DNA of 64,000 nt. Origin: Glaciecola sp. (GTDB lineage: Bacteria; Pseudomonadota; Gammaproteobacteria; Enterobacterales; Alteromonadaceae). The translations under genes and the position numbers were made by a program. Positions 1 through 11,084 of this stretch are shown piece by piece (position 1 is the first letter of the stretch; each line of letters starts with the position of its first letter). The notes beneath the pieces are model-generated. The model saw only the letters and a list, made by a program, of their open reading frames with translations, searched no databases and was not told the DNA's origin. The stretch is taken from contig JBLIKA010000004.1 in the NCBI GenBank assembly GCA_047637355.1, positions 21,770 through 85,769 on the forward strand, given 5' to 3'.

Positions 1-1
1 A

Positions 2-721
2 AAACAAGGTGGACGCTTAGTATATATTGGTGCTGGGACAAGTGGCAGGCTGGGTATTTTAGACGCAGTTGAATGTAGACCGACCTTTAGTGTACCTAGC
101 AATGTTGTCGTCGGTATTATTGCCGGCGGTGAAACAGCCCTAATAAACGCGGTTGAAGGCGCGGAGGACGATATTGGCGCGGCTCAACAAGATCTCGAAA
201 ATATACAATTTAACCAACAAGACATGCTAATTGGTATCGCTGCAAGTGGCCGCACTCCTTACGTTATTGGTGCGCTAAACTATGCAAAATCGATTAATGC
301 CACAACAGCTTGTATTGTTTGCAACCCGAATGCACCTCTTATCGAAATAGCTAAAATTGGTATTTGTGCGAACGTCGGTCCCGAAGTGTTAACCGGCTCG
401 ACCAGAATGAAATCGGGTACCGCCCAAAAGCTGATTTTGAATATGATAAGTACTGCCAGCATGATTCAATTAGGTAAAACGTATAAGAATTTAATGGTTG
501 ATGTAAATGCAACCAATCAAAAGTTGGTTGCTAGAGCAATACGTATTGTTATGCAGGCGACAGAGTGCGAAGAGCAAGTTGCCGTGGATGCATTGTCAAT
601 TGCTAACAATAGTGCAAAGCTTGCTATACTTAAAATTCTCACTAACAGTGACATAATTACATGTGAAAATCTATTAGCCGGCAATGGTGGCTTTCTGCGT
701 AAAGCTTTAGACGCCGTTTAG
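2..721 (+). CDS. murQ: N-acetylmuramic acid 6-phosphate etherase, 5'-truncated by the window edge
   Basis: The open frame runs from position 2. The translation [27 protein letters not shown]...[10 protein letters not shown]...[18 protein letters not shown]...NLMVDV is collinear with E. coli MurQ, including the SIS-domain motifs. Confidence 0.93.
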   Translation, partial: KQGGRLVYIGAGTSGRLGILDAVECRPTFSVPSNVVVGIIAGGETALINAVEGAEDDIGAAQQDLENIQFNQQDMLIGIAASGRTPYVIGALNYAKSINATTACIVCNPNAPLIEIAKIGICANVGPEVLTGSTRMKSGTAQKLILNMISTASMIQLGKTYKNLMVDVNATNQKLVARAIRIVMQATECEEQVAVDALSIANNSAKLAILKILTNSDIITCENLLAGNGGFLRKALDAV

Positions 722-783
722 TTTTAATTCAAGCAGTCGAGAGTGAAGTACCCATCTACACTACTGCGCTCTGATCGCTAGGT

Positions 784-806
784 TTTTATCGACATATTCG
801 ATAAAA
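784..806. promoter_or_regulatory. Inverted repeat TTTTATCGA-N5-TCGATAAAA between murQ and the M14 peptidase gene; candidate operator or weak AT-rich hairpin
   Basis: Read directly: perfect 9-bp arms with a 5-bp spacer, 53 nt upstream of the ATG at 859. No GC-rich stem or clear U-tract, so it is not a convincing terminator. Confidence 0.3.
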
Positions 807-858
807 TTCATTAAATACCCTATAGTAAAATACTACCCTGTAAACTAATGATTTATTG

Positions 859-2205
859 ATGGACATACTTTTATCCGACGAGCTTAAAACACTCTATGAA
901 CATCGTGTAGCGAACCTAGATAAACAGCAATTAATGCCTGTGGATATTAGTGCAATAATTGACGATTTTGCTAGCTGTGATGGCATAACCAGCACTATTA
1001 TCGGTCATTCCTTTTGTGGTCAGCCAATCAGTTGCATAAGCATGGGATATGGCCCTAAAAAAGTGCTTATGTGGACTCAAATGCATGGTGACGAGTCAAC
1101 CGCAACCGCTGCAGTATTAGATATTATTCAGCTTGTTACTACAAAGTTGAACCCACCTTTGAGTGCAAACTGGTTAGAATCACTGACAATACACATAATT
1201 CCTATGCTAAATCCGGATGGCGCAGTTGCTGGTACTCGAGAAAATGCCCAAGGTATTGATATCAACCGAGATGCAATCGCATTGCAAACGCCGGAGGGGC
1301 AAGCACTAGACGCATTCGTCAAAAAAATTAATCCTGACTTTGCTTTTAATCTGCATGACCAACATGACTACTATCGCTGTGGTAAAGATGGCAAGTCTTC
1401 CACTTTGGCATTTCTCGCTCCAGCCTTTGATACTCAAAAAACAATTGATCCTGCTCGACAAAAAGCAATGGCATTGATTGCCCTCATGCAGGCGCGAGCC
1501 AGCTCTTTGCTACCCGAGGGTATTGCACGCTATGATGATGAGTTTTCTGCTCGCTCGTTCGGTGATCAAATAGCTCAACTTGGCATAAGCACCATATTAA
1601 TTGAATCGGGCCACTATCCAAATGCGCATTATCGCCAGGTTGCGCGAACCATGAATGTGTTTGTGTTACTTCACGCATTAACGATGCTTTGCGACGAATC
1701 AGATTGGACAACTGATGAAAGACTTAAAAAACTTGAAATAGAATATTGGAAAATCCCCGAAAACCAAGAACATAAACTGTGCGATCTCCTTATCAAAGAC
1801 TTAGGTTTTGCAGGGAATTCCTATACAACTGACATTGCGATACGTAAAAAATCTCGTTTCGAATCATTTGCCATAATCGCTGATATTGGTGATTTACATG
1901 AACAACATGGCCTTAATACTATTGACGCTTTAGGTTATACATACGATCCAGGACGCTCATATTTATTGCAAGAAGCATTATATTTAACCAATGAAAGCTA
2001 TATTGCTTTACTCAAACAAGGCTTTAGTCACTTTGTAGGGAACGTCGGCTTAATAACGAATGAGTCGGATTATATGGTTATCGAAAACCCCCAGTATTGG
2101 CATGACGATAAAAAAGTAATTAAAGGCATCACACCCGCTGGATTCTTGTGCAAAAACGGTGAACTTAAGTATGCTCTAATGATGGGGGGAATATTATCCC
2201 TCTAA
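859..2205 (+). CDS. Cytosolic zinc carboxypeptidase, M14 family (MpaA-like murein-peptide amidase candidate) with an extra C-terminal domain of about 170 aa
   Basis: HxxE zinc motif (MHGDEST), NPDG and a downstream LHDQH are typical of M14. No signal peptide. The ORF track starts at TTG 856, and ATG 859 is the more likely start. Sits next to murQ. Confidence 0.8.
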   Translation: MDILLSDELKTLYEHRVANLDKQQLMPVDISAIIDDFASCDGITSTIIGHSFCGQPISCISMGYGPKKVLMWTQMHGDESTATAAVLDIIQLVTTKLNPPLSANWLESLTIHIIPMLNPDGAVAGTRENAQGIDINRDAIALQTPEGQALDAFVKKINPDFAFNLHDQHDYYRCGKDGKSSTLAFLAPAFDTQKTIDPARQKAMALIALMQARASSLLPEGIARYDDEFSARSFGDQIAQLGISTILIESGHYPNAHYRQVARTMNVFVLLHALTMLCDESDWTTDERLKKLEIEYWKIPENQEHKLCDLLIKDLGFAGNSYTTDIAIRKKSRFESFAIIADIGDLHEQHGLNTIDALGYTYDPGRSYLLQEALYLTNESYIALLKQGFSHFVGNVGLITNESDYMVIENPQYWHDDKKVIKGITPAGFLCKNGELKYALMMGGILSL

Positions 2206-2519
2206 TCCAAAAACCACCTCACTAATATGACATTTATAAACACATCAAGTGTATTCGACTCAAATTGATAATTAGATATTGCATATAAAGTGGACAATCA
2301 CCCCTAGTTTAAAACAATCGACAGTTTTATCACCTTATAGAGTTGTCTTGTGCACCTTGCCTTGCTAGATTTAGTTAATAAAAAATTACGCTAGGCACGC
2401 TCAATCTTTGATGTATATTTACTCATCTGAGTCACTGGCCCAGTTCATATATAAAACACAGATTGATGAACGCAAGACAACGCGTCCAAATAAAAAAAGA
2501 CGTTTGTAAAGGAAAAAGA

Positions 2520-5033
2520 ATGCCATATTGGACGAGACTAGCTCAAGCTTCCCTTTTAGCTAGTGCTGTTTTTTTAGTAAGTTGCTCGAATACGTCAGAT
2601 ATTGAAGCGATGCCATCCAAAAACTATAGCTATCGAGTCAAGTCTTTAGTAATGCACTTTACTGCTGTCAATTATCAAGAATCAGTTGATGCGCTGGTTG
2701 AAGAAGGCAATGTCAGCTCACATTATTTAATTCCTAAAGCCGATGACCCAACCTATCCCTACAATGACATTAAAGTATTTCAATTAGTAGATGAAAACCA
2801 AAGGGCGTGGCACGCTGGCATTAGCTATTGGCAAGGTCGCTCAGGACTTAACGATCATAGCATTGGTATTGAAGTGGTTAACACGCCTTTTTGTCAAGAA
2901 GATAACCTAAATGATGACCCACTCTCCCCGATTACGCCAAGAATAGTGGGCGCCGAAAAAAATCGTGACTTGTGTGTTTTCCCGGATTTTGAAGAAAAAC
3001 AAATACAATTATTAATTAAATTAAGTAAAGAGATACTAGCCAGAAATCCAGATATTGAACCTACTGCTGTTGTCGGGCATGCGGATATTGCACCTTCAAG
3101 GAAGAATGACCCGGGCCCCAGATTCCCTTGGTATAGATTATATCAAGAGGGAATTGGTGCTTGGTATGACAACCAAAATTTAACCCATCATTGGTTGGCT
3201 TTTAATCAGACATTGCCCAGCCTAGCACTCGTTCAAAAAAGCCTAAATGCTTACGGCTACGATCTAGTGCCAACGGGTAGAATGGATCAACAAACCATCG
3301 ACACCTTGGCTGCGTTTCAAATGCACTTTGTGCCATGGAAAGTTACTGGAGAGGTGGATAATCAGACTGCTGCTGCGATATTCGCTTTAGTGCAAAAGTA
3401 CTTCCCAGCAAAATATGAGCGATTGAATGAAATTTATCAATCAGAGATATTAACGGCCGAGGCTAACAAGCAACCCGTTGACGACATTACACAACAGTTT
3501 CAGTTGTCCAAAGTGTTTACCGAATTGCAGTCCCTGAACGCCGATAATTCTGTCAACAAAGGTATATTTAAAGCTTATAAGGGGAGCGGTGAGCTGATTA
3601 TTGAAACCAATAACGCTGCATCCGCCGATATATATATTAACGGGATGAAATTGAATTTAGCCGCATTTGAGGCATCTGAGGTGCGGACAGTCTCTATATA
3701 CAGACGCACCGTCGATGGACTAAATAGCGTGCGCGTTGAAAACATCAGACCGCAAGGAACTAGCATAGCAATTAATATCCCATATCCGACCCTTGATTAT
3801 GCGGTTGTCTCAAATAACTCGCTATTTGACTCCGTAGACCGGTTGATAAAAGACGAAGTACAAAATGGCTTGTCGGGCGCGGCGATTGCCGTTGTGTACA
3901 AAGGTAAAATAATTAAGAGAACGAGTTATGGCTATGCAAAAAGACCCCCTGCAAAAGGCGAATTATTAACACAGTTTGAACCGATGACGCCGGAACATAT
4001 GTTCGACATTGATTCGAACACAGAGGTATTCGCCACCAGCTTAGCGCTTATGCAGTTGGTGAGTAGGGGCCAAATCGATACATTTAAACCGATTCAGCAT
4101 TACCTTCCCGAGTATCGAGGCAATGGACGAGAAGTAGTATTAGTGAAAGATTTGCTTTCACATTCGTCGGGTTATGCCAATCACGTTAGTTTTTATCGAC
4201 CCGATAATAAATATGGTGACTACTTTTATTCTCTAAATAAACTAAAAACGAGTCGCTTGTTACTTACCGCTTTACCTTTTGAATCAATCAGTGGAAGTAC
4301 GCAGCAATACAGCGCGATTGATTTCATGCTACTAGGCCTTTTGGTAGAGCGAGTCACGGGGATGCCATTGGACCAATACAGTCGAGAGAAAATATACGCG
4401 CCAATGGGTCTTAAAAACACCTTATTCAAGCCATTACAAGCAGGTTTCAGCGCAGATGAGTTTGCTGCAACCGAAGTCGAGAGTAACAGCTTAAATGCCT
4501 ACAACGACTTTCCTAAAGCCCGAGAATACCCGCTACAAGGGGAAGTTCTGGACGCTAATACATTCTATGCAATGCAGGGAGTGTCAGGTCATGCAGGGCT
4601 TTTTTCAACTATCGACGACCTAGCCATACTGAGTCAAATGATGCTTAATGGCGGAGGCTATGGTGATGTAAAACTATTTAACCAGCCGACCATAGCGCGC
4701 TTTTTGAAACCCGCTGGTCGAGCAAATGGAATCGGCCTAGGCTGGCAACTTCCTGATGAAAGAAACAAAAAAACAATGTTTGGACCTTTTGCCAGTGCCA
4801 CGGCATTCGGTCACAATAGTAATGGCGGCACTGCGGTGGTTATTGACCCAGCTTATGATCTAGCCATTATTTTATTAACTAATAAACAGCACGCAAAGGG
4901 GATGAACACTGAAGGCAATGTTGAATTTCCATCTGATTCTTCTGAAACTAACAAACACGGTCTTATCATTAGCATGATTTATCAAAATTTGATTGAATTT
5001 GAAGCACAAAATCTACTTCAAAATAAAAACTAG
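2520..5033 (+). CDS. Lipoprotein with a full AmiD-like N-acetylmuramoyl-L-alanine amidase (Amidase_2 plus PG-binding) fused to a middle beta-rich region and a C-terminal beta-lactamase-fold (serine-hydrolase-like) domain
   Basis: Signal peptide with lipobox LVSC after M at 2520 (AGGA lies 6 nt upstream). The N-terminal half is collinear with E. coli AmiD (VMHFTA, AWHAGIS, NDHSIGIE, GHADIAPSRKNDPGPRFPW, AAFQMHF). The C-terminal 400 aa resemble the class C beta-lactamase / PBP fold (LLSHSSGY, GHAGLFST) but carry altered catalytic motifs (see findings). Confidence 0.85.
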   Translation: MPYWTRLAQASLLASAVFLVSCSNTSDIEAMPSKNYSYRVKSLVMHFTAVNYQESVDALVEEGNVSSHYLIPKADDPTYPYNDIKVFQLVDENQRAWHAGISYWQGRSGLNDHSIGIEVVNTPFCQEDNLNDDPLSPITPRIVGAEKNRDLCVFPDFEEKQIQLLIKLSKEILARNPDIEPTAVVGHADIAPSRKNDPGPRFPWYRLYQEGIGAWYDNQNLTHHWLAFNQTLPSLALVQKSLNAYGYDLVPTGRMDQQTIDTLAAFQMHFVPWKVTGEVDNQTAAAIFALVQKYFPAKYERLNEIYQSEILTAEANKQPVDDITQQFQLSKVFTELQSLNADNSVNKGIFKAYKGSGELIIETNNAASADIYINGMKLNLAAFEASEVRTVSIYRRTVDGLNSVRVENIRPQGTSIAINIPYPTLDYAVVSNNSLFDSVDRLIKDEVQNGLSGAAIAVVYKGKIIKRTSYGYAKRPPAKGELLTQFEPMTPEHMFDIDSNTEVFATSLALMQLVSRGQIDTFKPIQHYLPEYRGNGREVVLVKDLLSHSSGYANHVSFYRPDNKYGDYFYSLNKLKTSRLLLTALPFESISGSTQQYSAIDFMLLGLLVERVTGMPLDQYSREKIYAPMGLKNTLFKPLQAGFSADEFAATEVESNSLNAYNDFPKAREYPLQGEVLDANTFYAMQGVSGHAGLFSTIDDLAILSQMMLNGGGYGDVKLFNQPTIARFLKPAGRANGIGLGWQLPDERNKKTMFGPFASATAFGHNSNGGTAVVIDPAYDLAIILLTNKQHAKGMNTEGNVEFPSDSSETNKHGLIISMIYQNLIEFEAQNLLQNKN

Positions 5034-5043
5034 GAAATAATTT

Positions 5044-6420
5044 ATGGAATGGCTTACTGTCCTCCCACCCGTTATTGCAATTGCTGTTGTTATCTGGAAA
5101 AAGGAAGTCATTCTTGCTTTGTTTTTAGCCATATTAAGCTCGGAGTTATTATTAGTAGTAACCGGTACATCGGGGAATGTGTTTATTACGCCTATAAATA
5201 CTATTGAGCGTATCGTCGAGACGGCGGCCTCTGGTGGTACAACGAGGATACTCATTTTTAGTTTGCTCGTTGGTGCCCTACTTGCTTTTATTCGAGATTC
5301 TGGAGGGGTTAGTGCAACCGTTAATAGGCTGATCAGCAGTGGTCTCATTAATTCAAAGAAACGCGTTGGTGGTATCACTATGTTTACTGGCATCGTGATT
5401 TTTATTGAATCTAATTTAAGTGTATTAACAGCAGGTATTTTTGCGCGAGGACTATTCGATAAATATAAAATGAGCCGCGCAAGATTGGCATATATCATCG
5501 ATTCAACATGCGCTCCTATTTGTATTCTCATACTTTTAAATGGTTGGGGAGCATACGTACTAGCGCTAATCAGTACATATGACTTAGGTAAAAACCCGCT
5601 TGCTGTATTATGGGGTACCTTACCGTTTAATATCTACGCATGGTTAACCTTAATAGTCGTAGCCTACACCATCTTCTTTGACAAAGTGCACGGCCCAATG
5701 AAAGAAGCTGAAAAATCACTGGAGTCAGTAGAAACGGATTTGCACGCGAGTCCAGCGACTAAATCTCGATTTATGCTAGTCCCACTTCTCGTTATGATTA
5801 TTGGCATGTTTAGCTTCATGTTTATGACGGGCGAAGGTGATATAACTCAAGGAAGTGGAAGCAAATCAGTATTGTATGCTACTTTTTTAGCTTGTATTGT
5901 CGCCTACGGTCAACTGCTTTGGCATAAACGTTTTACACATCAGCAGTCTATTAAAATTGGATTCAGTGGGATGGGTGAGCTTCTTCCATTAGTCACCATC
6001 GTCTTGCTATCTATTGCTTTAGGTACCAGTCTAAAAGCGCTAGGAACCGGCATATTTGTTTCCGGCTTAGTCGGCGATAACTTACCCCTAATATTGGTCG
6101 TCCCAATGTTATTTATTGCTGGCGCGATAATGTCCTTTACAACAGGAACCTCTTGGGGAACCTTCGCCATCCTGATCCCTATAGGAATGCCGCTTGTCGC
6201 CACACTGGGCTTGCCACCATCATTAGTGTTGGCGGCTATTTTGGGTGGCGGTATTTTTGGAGATCATTGTTCTCCTATTTCGGATACGACAGCTATTTCA
6301 TCCCTTGCAGCAGGTTGCGATCTATTAACTCACGTAAAAACTCAGATGCCCTATGCATTATTTGTCGGAGGAGTAACCATCGTGGCATATATATTATTGA
6401 GCTTGCAAATACTCTTCTAG
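5044..6420 (+). CDS. NhaC-family membrane transporter (Na+/H+ antiporter-like fold); substrate unknown
   Basis: Multi-pass hydrophobic protein. The LAYIIDSTCAP segment and overall layout resemble NhaC-family permeases. It starts 10 nt after the amidase-fusion stop, which suggests co-transcription. Confidence 0.8.
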   Translation: MEWLTVLPPVIAIAVVIWKKEVILALFLAILSSELLLVVTGTSGNVFITPINTIERIVETAASGGTTRILIFSLLVGALLAFIRDSGGVSATVNRLISSGLINSKKRVGGITMFTGIVIFIESNLSVLTAGIFARGLFDKYKMSRARLAYIIDSTCAPICILILLNGWGAYVLALISTYDLGKNPLAVLWGTLPFNIYAWLTLIVVAYTIFFDKVHGPMKEAEKSLESVETDLHASPATKSRFMLVPLLVMIIGMFSFMFMTGEGDITQGSGSKSVLYATFLACIVAYGQLLWHKRFTHQQSIKIGFSGMGELLPLVTIVLLSIALGTSLKALGTGIFVSGLVGDNLPLILVVPMLFIAGAIMSFTTGTSWGTFAILIPIGMPLVATLGLPPSLVLAAILGGGIFGDHCSPISDTTAISSLAAGCDLLTHVKTQMPYALFVGGVTIVAYILLSLQILF

Positions 6421-6443
6421 GGTTTATAAAGCTCGCGTTTTTC

Positions 6444-6860
6444 TTATTTCGCAAATATCTGAGAACCGTCTGCAAAGCCTTTGAACTCTAATGCATTGCC
6501 CGCAGGGTCGAGTAGAAAGAAGGTCCCTTGTTCACCGACTTTCCCTGCAAACCTAATATAGGGTTCAATCACAAAGGTTTGTTTAGCAGCCACCAGCTTT
6601 TGGGCAAGGGCTTTCCATTCATCCATGCTCAAAACGACACCGAAATGAGGTACTGGAACAGATTTCGAATCCACTTCGTTAGGTTCTGGCAATATCGGCA
6701 TTGTTGCCACGAGGTGAGTGACTAGTTGATGACCAAAAAAATTCCAGTCTATCCACTGTTCAGAACTTCGTCCTTGCTCACAGCCCATAACTGCACCATA
6801 AAATGCGTCCGCTTGTGCTAGGTTTGTTACCGGAATGGCTAAATGAAAGGGTGAAGGCAT
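6444..6860 (-). CDS. VOC (glyoxalase / bleomycin-resistance / dioxygenase) family protein
   Basis: 138 aa. The N-terminus FHLAIPVTNL..A..FY and the C-terminus F.DP.GN.LEFK are typical of the VOC fold. It lies 12 nt downstream of the aldehyde dehydrogenase gene. Confidence 0.75.
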   Translation of the reverse strand: MPSPFHLAIPVTNLAQADAFYGAVMGCEQGRSSEQWIDWNFFGHQLVTHLVATMPILPEPNEVDSKSVPVPHFGVVLSMDEWKALAQKLVAAKQTFVIEPYIRFAGKVGEQGTFFLLDPAGNALEFKGFADGSQIFAK

Positions 6861-6872
6861 ATTTTTATCCTA

Positions 6873-8279
6873 TTAAAACTTTTTGAGTAACATCAATTTA
6901 AATTTACTAAAAGGTGCATATCGTATTGCGGCATCAAACTTAAAACTGCGTTTCATAACAGACTTAGTATGGCTAAACGTATCAAACCCGGATTTACCAT
7001 GATATTGCCCCATTCCACTCGTTCCGACACCACCGAAAGGCAACTCGTGATTTGCCATAAAAATATTTGTGTCATTGATACAGATTGAACCCGCACTAAC
7101 CTGCTCAATAAATTCAGCTTCAAATTGACTATTAGAGGTAAATACATAAGCGGCTAAGGGCTTTGATTTAGTAGTAATAAAATCGAGCATCTGCTGCTTA
7201 TTTTTAAATGTCATAATCGGTAAAATCGGGCCGAATATCTCTTCCTTCATCAACGCTGAATTGACTAAAGGTTGAACCACAACAGTGGGCTCTAAGAAGT
7301 TATTTTCTAAATCGTGTTTACCGCCATAAATGACATTTTGACCGTCTAAATAATTAATTAAACGAGAACAATGTCGCTGGTTAATTATTCGGCCATAATC
7401 TTTATTCTGTGAAGGGTCTTTACCATATTGCTTTTTAATTTCAGCAATCAAGCGTTGACTAAAATCCGCAAGATATTCCTCTTCAATCAGAATATAATCA
7501 GGTGCAACGCAAGTTTGCCCCGCGTTCATCCATTTTCCCCACACAATCCGTCTTACACTAACATCTAAGTTAGTATCACCATCAACAACACATGGACTTT
7601 TACCACCGAGTTCCAATGTCACAGGAGCTAAATGGCGCGCAGCAGCAGCCATAACGATGCGACCTACTTGCTCTCCGCCCGTATAAAAATACTTATCGAA
7701 GGGTTGCGCTAACAATGCTGTAGTTTCGTCCTTGCCGCCTTCAATCACCTTAAAAGCAGCCGTATCAAGATATTTAGGTATTAGCTTAGTCATGAGGGCT
7801 GAGGTTGCCTCAGACAACTCTGAGGGCTTAACGACAGCACAATTACCTGCTGCTATAGCAGCAATCAGAGGAGTAATAACTAATTGAAAGGGGTAGTTCC
7901 ATGCGCCAATAATCAATGCTACGCCGAGCGGTTCGCTAATAGTATAGCTTTTGCCTGGTTGCGTTATCATCGGCGTGCTAATTTTAGCCGGTTTCATCCA
8001 AGTCTTAAGGCGTTTTAAATTGCCTTTTATATCAGCTAAAGAATAACCAATTTCGGCTAACCAAGATTCTGTCTCACATTTACCTAAATCAGTATGTAAT
8101 GCCGAAATAATTGCTTTGCTATTCTCTTCGATTAGCAGTTTCAATGCGTTTAATTGCTCCACTCGCCATTGATAAGACTTAGTTCGGCCTGTAGCGAAGG
8201 TTCGTTTCAACCCATCGATATTTGTTGCGTTGGGAGATGGAAAATCAGCTTGATGAAAAGGGGCTGAGACTTCTGACAT
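6873..8279 (-). CDS. NAD(P)-dependent aldehyde dehydrogenase, ALDH3-like (fatty / coniferyl aldehyde dehydrogenase type)
   Basis: Catalytic region ELGGKSP and GQTCVAPDY, plus the EEIFGP motif. The track start at 8288 is GTG, and ATG at 8279 (MSEVS) is preferred. Confidence 0.88.
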   Translation of the reverse strand: MSEVSAPFHQADFPSPNATNIDGLKRTFATGRTKSYQWRVEQLNALKLLIEENSKAIISALHTDLGKCETESWLAEIGYSLADIKGNLKRLKTWMKPAKISTPMITQPGKSYTISEPLGVALIIGAWNYPFQLVITPLIAAIAAGNCAVVKPSELSEATSALMTKLIPKYLDTAAFKVIEGGKDETTALLAQPFDKYFYTGGEQVGRIVMAAAARHLAPVTLELGGKSPCVVDGDTNLDVSVRRIVWGKWMNAGQTCVAPDYILIEEEYLADFSQRLIAEIKKQYGKDPSQNKDYGRIINQRHCSRLINYLDGQNVIYGGKHDLENNFLEPTVVVQPLVNSALMKEEIFGPILPIMTFKNKQQMLDFITTKSKPLAAYVFTSNSQFEAEFIEQVSAGSICINDTNIFMANHELPFGGVGTSGMGQYHGKSGFDTFSHTKSVMKRSFKFDAAIRYAPFSKFKLMLLKKF

Positions 8280-8413
8280 TGGACACACTCACTATAATTA
8301 TATGGCTCAATTACATCCTAGCAAAGGCATCGGGTAAAGCAAATAATGTGTACACTTTACCCATCAATTAATGATCTGCTCTTGCAAGCTCACACTTTAG
8401 ATTCAAATCAATA

Positions 8414-8447
8414 GAAAAAAAATGCCAACATATGTCAGCATTTTTTT
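8414..8447 (-). terminator. Candidate rho-independent terminator downstream of purA
   Basis: The minus-strand RNA reads AAAAAAAUGC-loop-GCAUUUUUUUU. The stem is AT-rich, so confidence is moderate. Confidence 0.45.
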
Positions 8448-8492
8448 CGACCGAATCACCAATTATATTATACGGCTATCCGTTCAAATGGA

Positions 8493-9803
<1,311 letters not shown>

Positions 9804-9865
9804 TCATAAAATTAGGCGGAGATATTAGCAAAAATATGAGGTAAAAATCACCCAATATTTACTAT

Positions 9866-10060
9866 TTATGTATTCATTATTAAGAAATAAGCACTTATGC
9901 CACCGATAACCACCAAAATACCACCCATCCGGCGCAAAGATTCACTGGGCTGCAACGCCATTTGCATCAAAAACTGCTTCCATTTGTCTGGCATCAGCAA
10001 AGGCATCAATCCTTCAACAATTAATACAAAACAAATAGCCAAAAGAATACTATCTAACAT
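9866..10060 (-). CDS. yjeT: DUF2065 small membrane protein (YjeT homologue)
   Basis: The 64-aa sequence ...VLIVEGLMPLLMPDKWKQ...LRRMGGILVVIG... aligns by eye with E. coli YjeT. It has the same position immediately upstream of purA. Confidence 0.85.
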   Translation of the reverse strand: MLDSILLAICFVLIVEGLMPLLMPDKWKQFLMQMALQPSESLRRMGGILVVIGGISAYFLIMNT

Positions 10061-10073
10061 CTAAACGTCATGC

Positions 10074-10934
10074 CTAATATAATAAACTGTAAATTTTACG
10101 GCGATATTGTGATTTTAGCGGATCGCCATCGGGAAGCGCATTTATCACGTCCAGCGTAATTTTTTTCGCATCACCAAAACCCAATTCTTGTCTTAATACG
10201 GATATCAATAACGCTAAGGCTTCTTCAGTGCGATGCCCTTGATGCAATTGCACCGCAAGTTTCACTTTAAGCTCCATATTTTCTGGGTCGGCTTCAAGAT
10301 CAGTCTGTAATTGTTGTATTTCTGGCGAATCAGCAGCTTGTTCAGACAATTCAATTTTGCCAATAATGGCTTGGTATTTACCGTCTTGATCCGCTAACTT
10401 GATTGGTTCAACTAATTTTTTAGCCAATTCGACTTGACCTACCTCAACATAACAATCAGCCATCATTAAACGAATATCAGCACGTTCATTGTTCAATTCA
10501 AACGCTTGCTTAGCGAAGCTAAAAGCGTCGCGATAGTTGCCCTGTAAAACTAATTCCATTGCCGACTGCAATAAGCCATCTTCCGCTTTCGGTAAATGTT
10601 TATCTAACATTTCACGAATTTTATTTTCTTCTTGAGGACCCGCAAAGCCGTCTAAAGGTTGACCGTCTTTAACAAGAATGACGGTAGGTAAACCTTTTAC
10701 GCCAAATTGACCAGCAATTTCCTGTTGTTCATCGCAATTCACTCGTGCGTACAATAAATCATGTTGATATTCTGCAGCCATATGCTGAAGCACGGGCGCT
10801 AATTCTGCGCAAGGCTCACTCCATGGAGCCCAAAACTGAATCATCACAACCTTGCTTTTTGATTCTTCCAAAATAACATGTTGAAAGTTCTCTAACGTTA
10901 TATCAATTTGGTTTACATTTACTTCTGGCAGCAT
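10074..10934 (-). CDS. cnoX: Thioredoxin-domain/TPR co-chaperone (CnoX / YbbN)
   Basis: Thioredoxin fold with an SxxC (WSEPC) motif instead of CxxC, a TPR C-terminal half, and the conserved tail SQYRRKIYSLLY, as in E. coli YbbN. Confidence 0.9.
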   Translation of the reverse strand: MLPEVNVNQIDITLENFQHVILEESKSKVVMIQFWAPWSEPCAELAPVLQHMAAEYQHDLLYARVNCDEQQEIAGQFGVKGLPTVILVKDGQPLDGFAGPQEENKIREMLDKHLPKAEDGLLQSAMELVLQGNYRDAFSFAKQAFELNNERADIRLMMADCYVEVGQVELAKKLVEPIKLADQDGKYQAIIGKIELSEQAADSPEIQQLQTDLEADPENMELKVKLAVQLHQGHRTEEALALLISVLRQELGFGDAKKITLDVINALPDGDPLKSQYRRKIYSLLY

Positions 10935-11084
10935 AACTTTTTTACTTTCTTATTTTATTCAATACAGTTTATTATTGGGTTTTATTCATAGAAAGCAACC
11001 TGTTTTGAGCATACATAGTCCAATTGTTTCTTGGCAATGATGTGCTAATATCAATTTAAATTACACTGGAAGAGGTTGCCCTAC

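Noticed and set aside
5013-5531. 172-aa minus-strand ORF overlapping the start of the NhaC-type transporter gene
   Set aside because: It is entirely antisense to a gene with clear family resemblance. Its low-complexity hydrophobic composition mirrors the sense strand, and it has no RBS or family match.
6153-6491. 112-aa plus-strand ORF spanning the end of the transporter gene and the end of the VOC gene
   Set aside because: It overlaps two well-supported genes out of frame and has an implausible Arg/Cys-rich composition.
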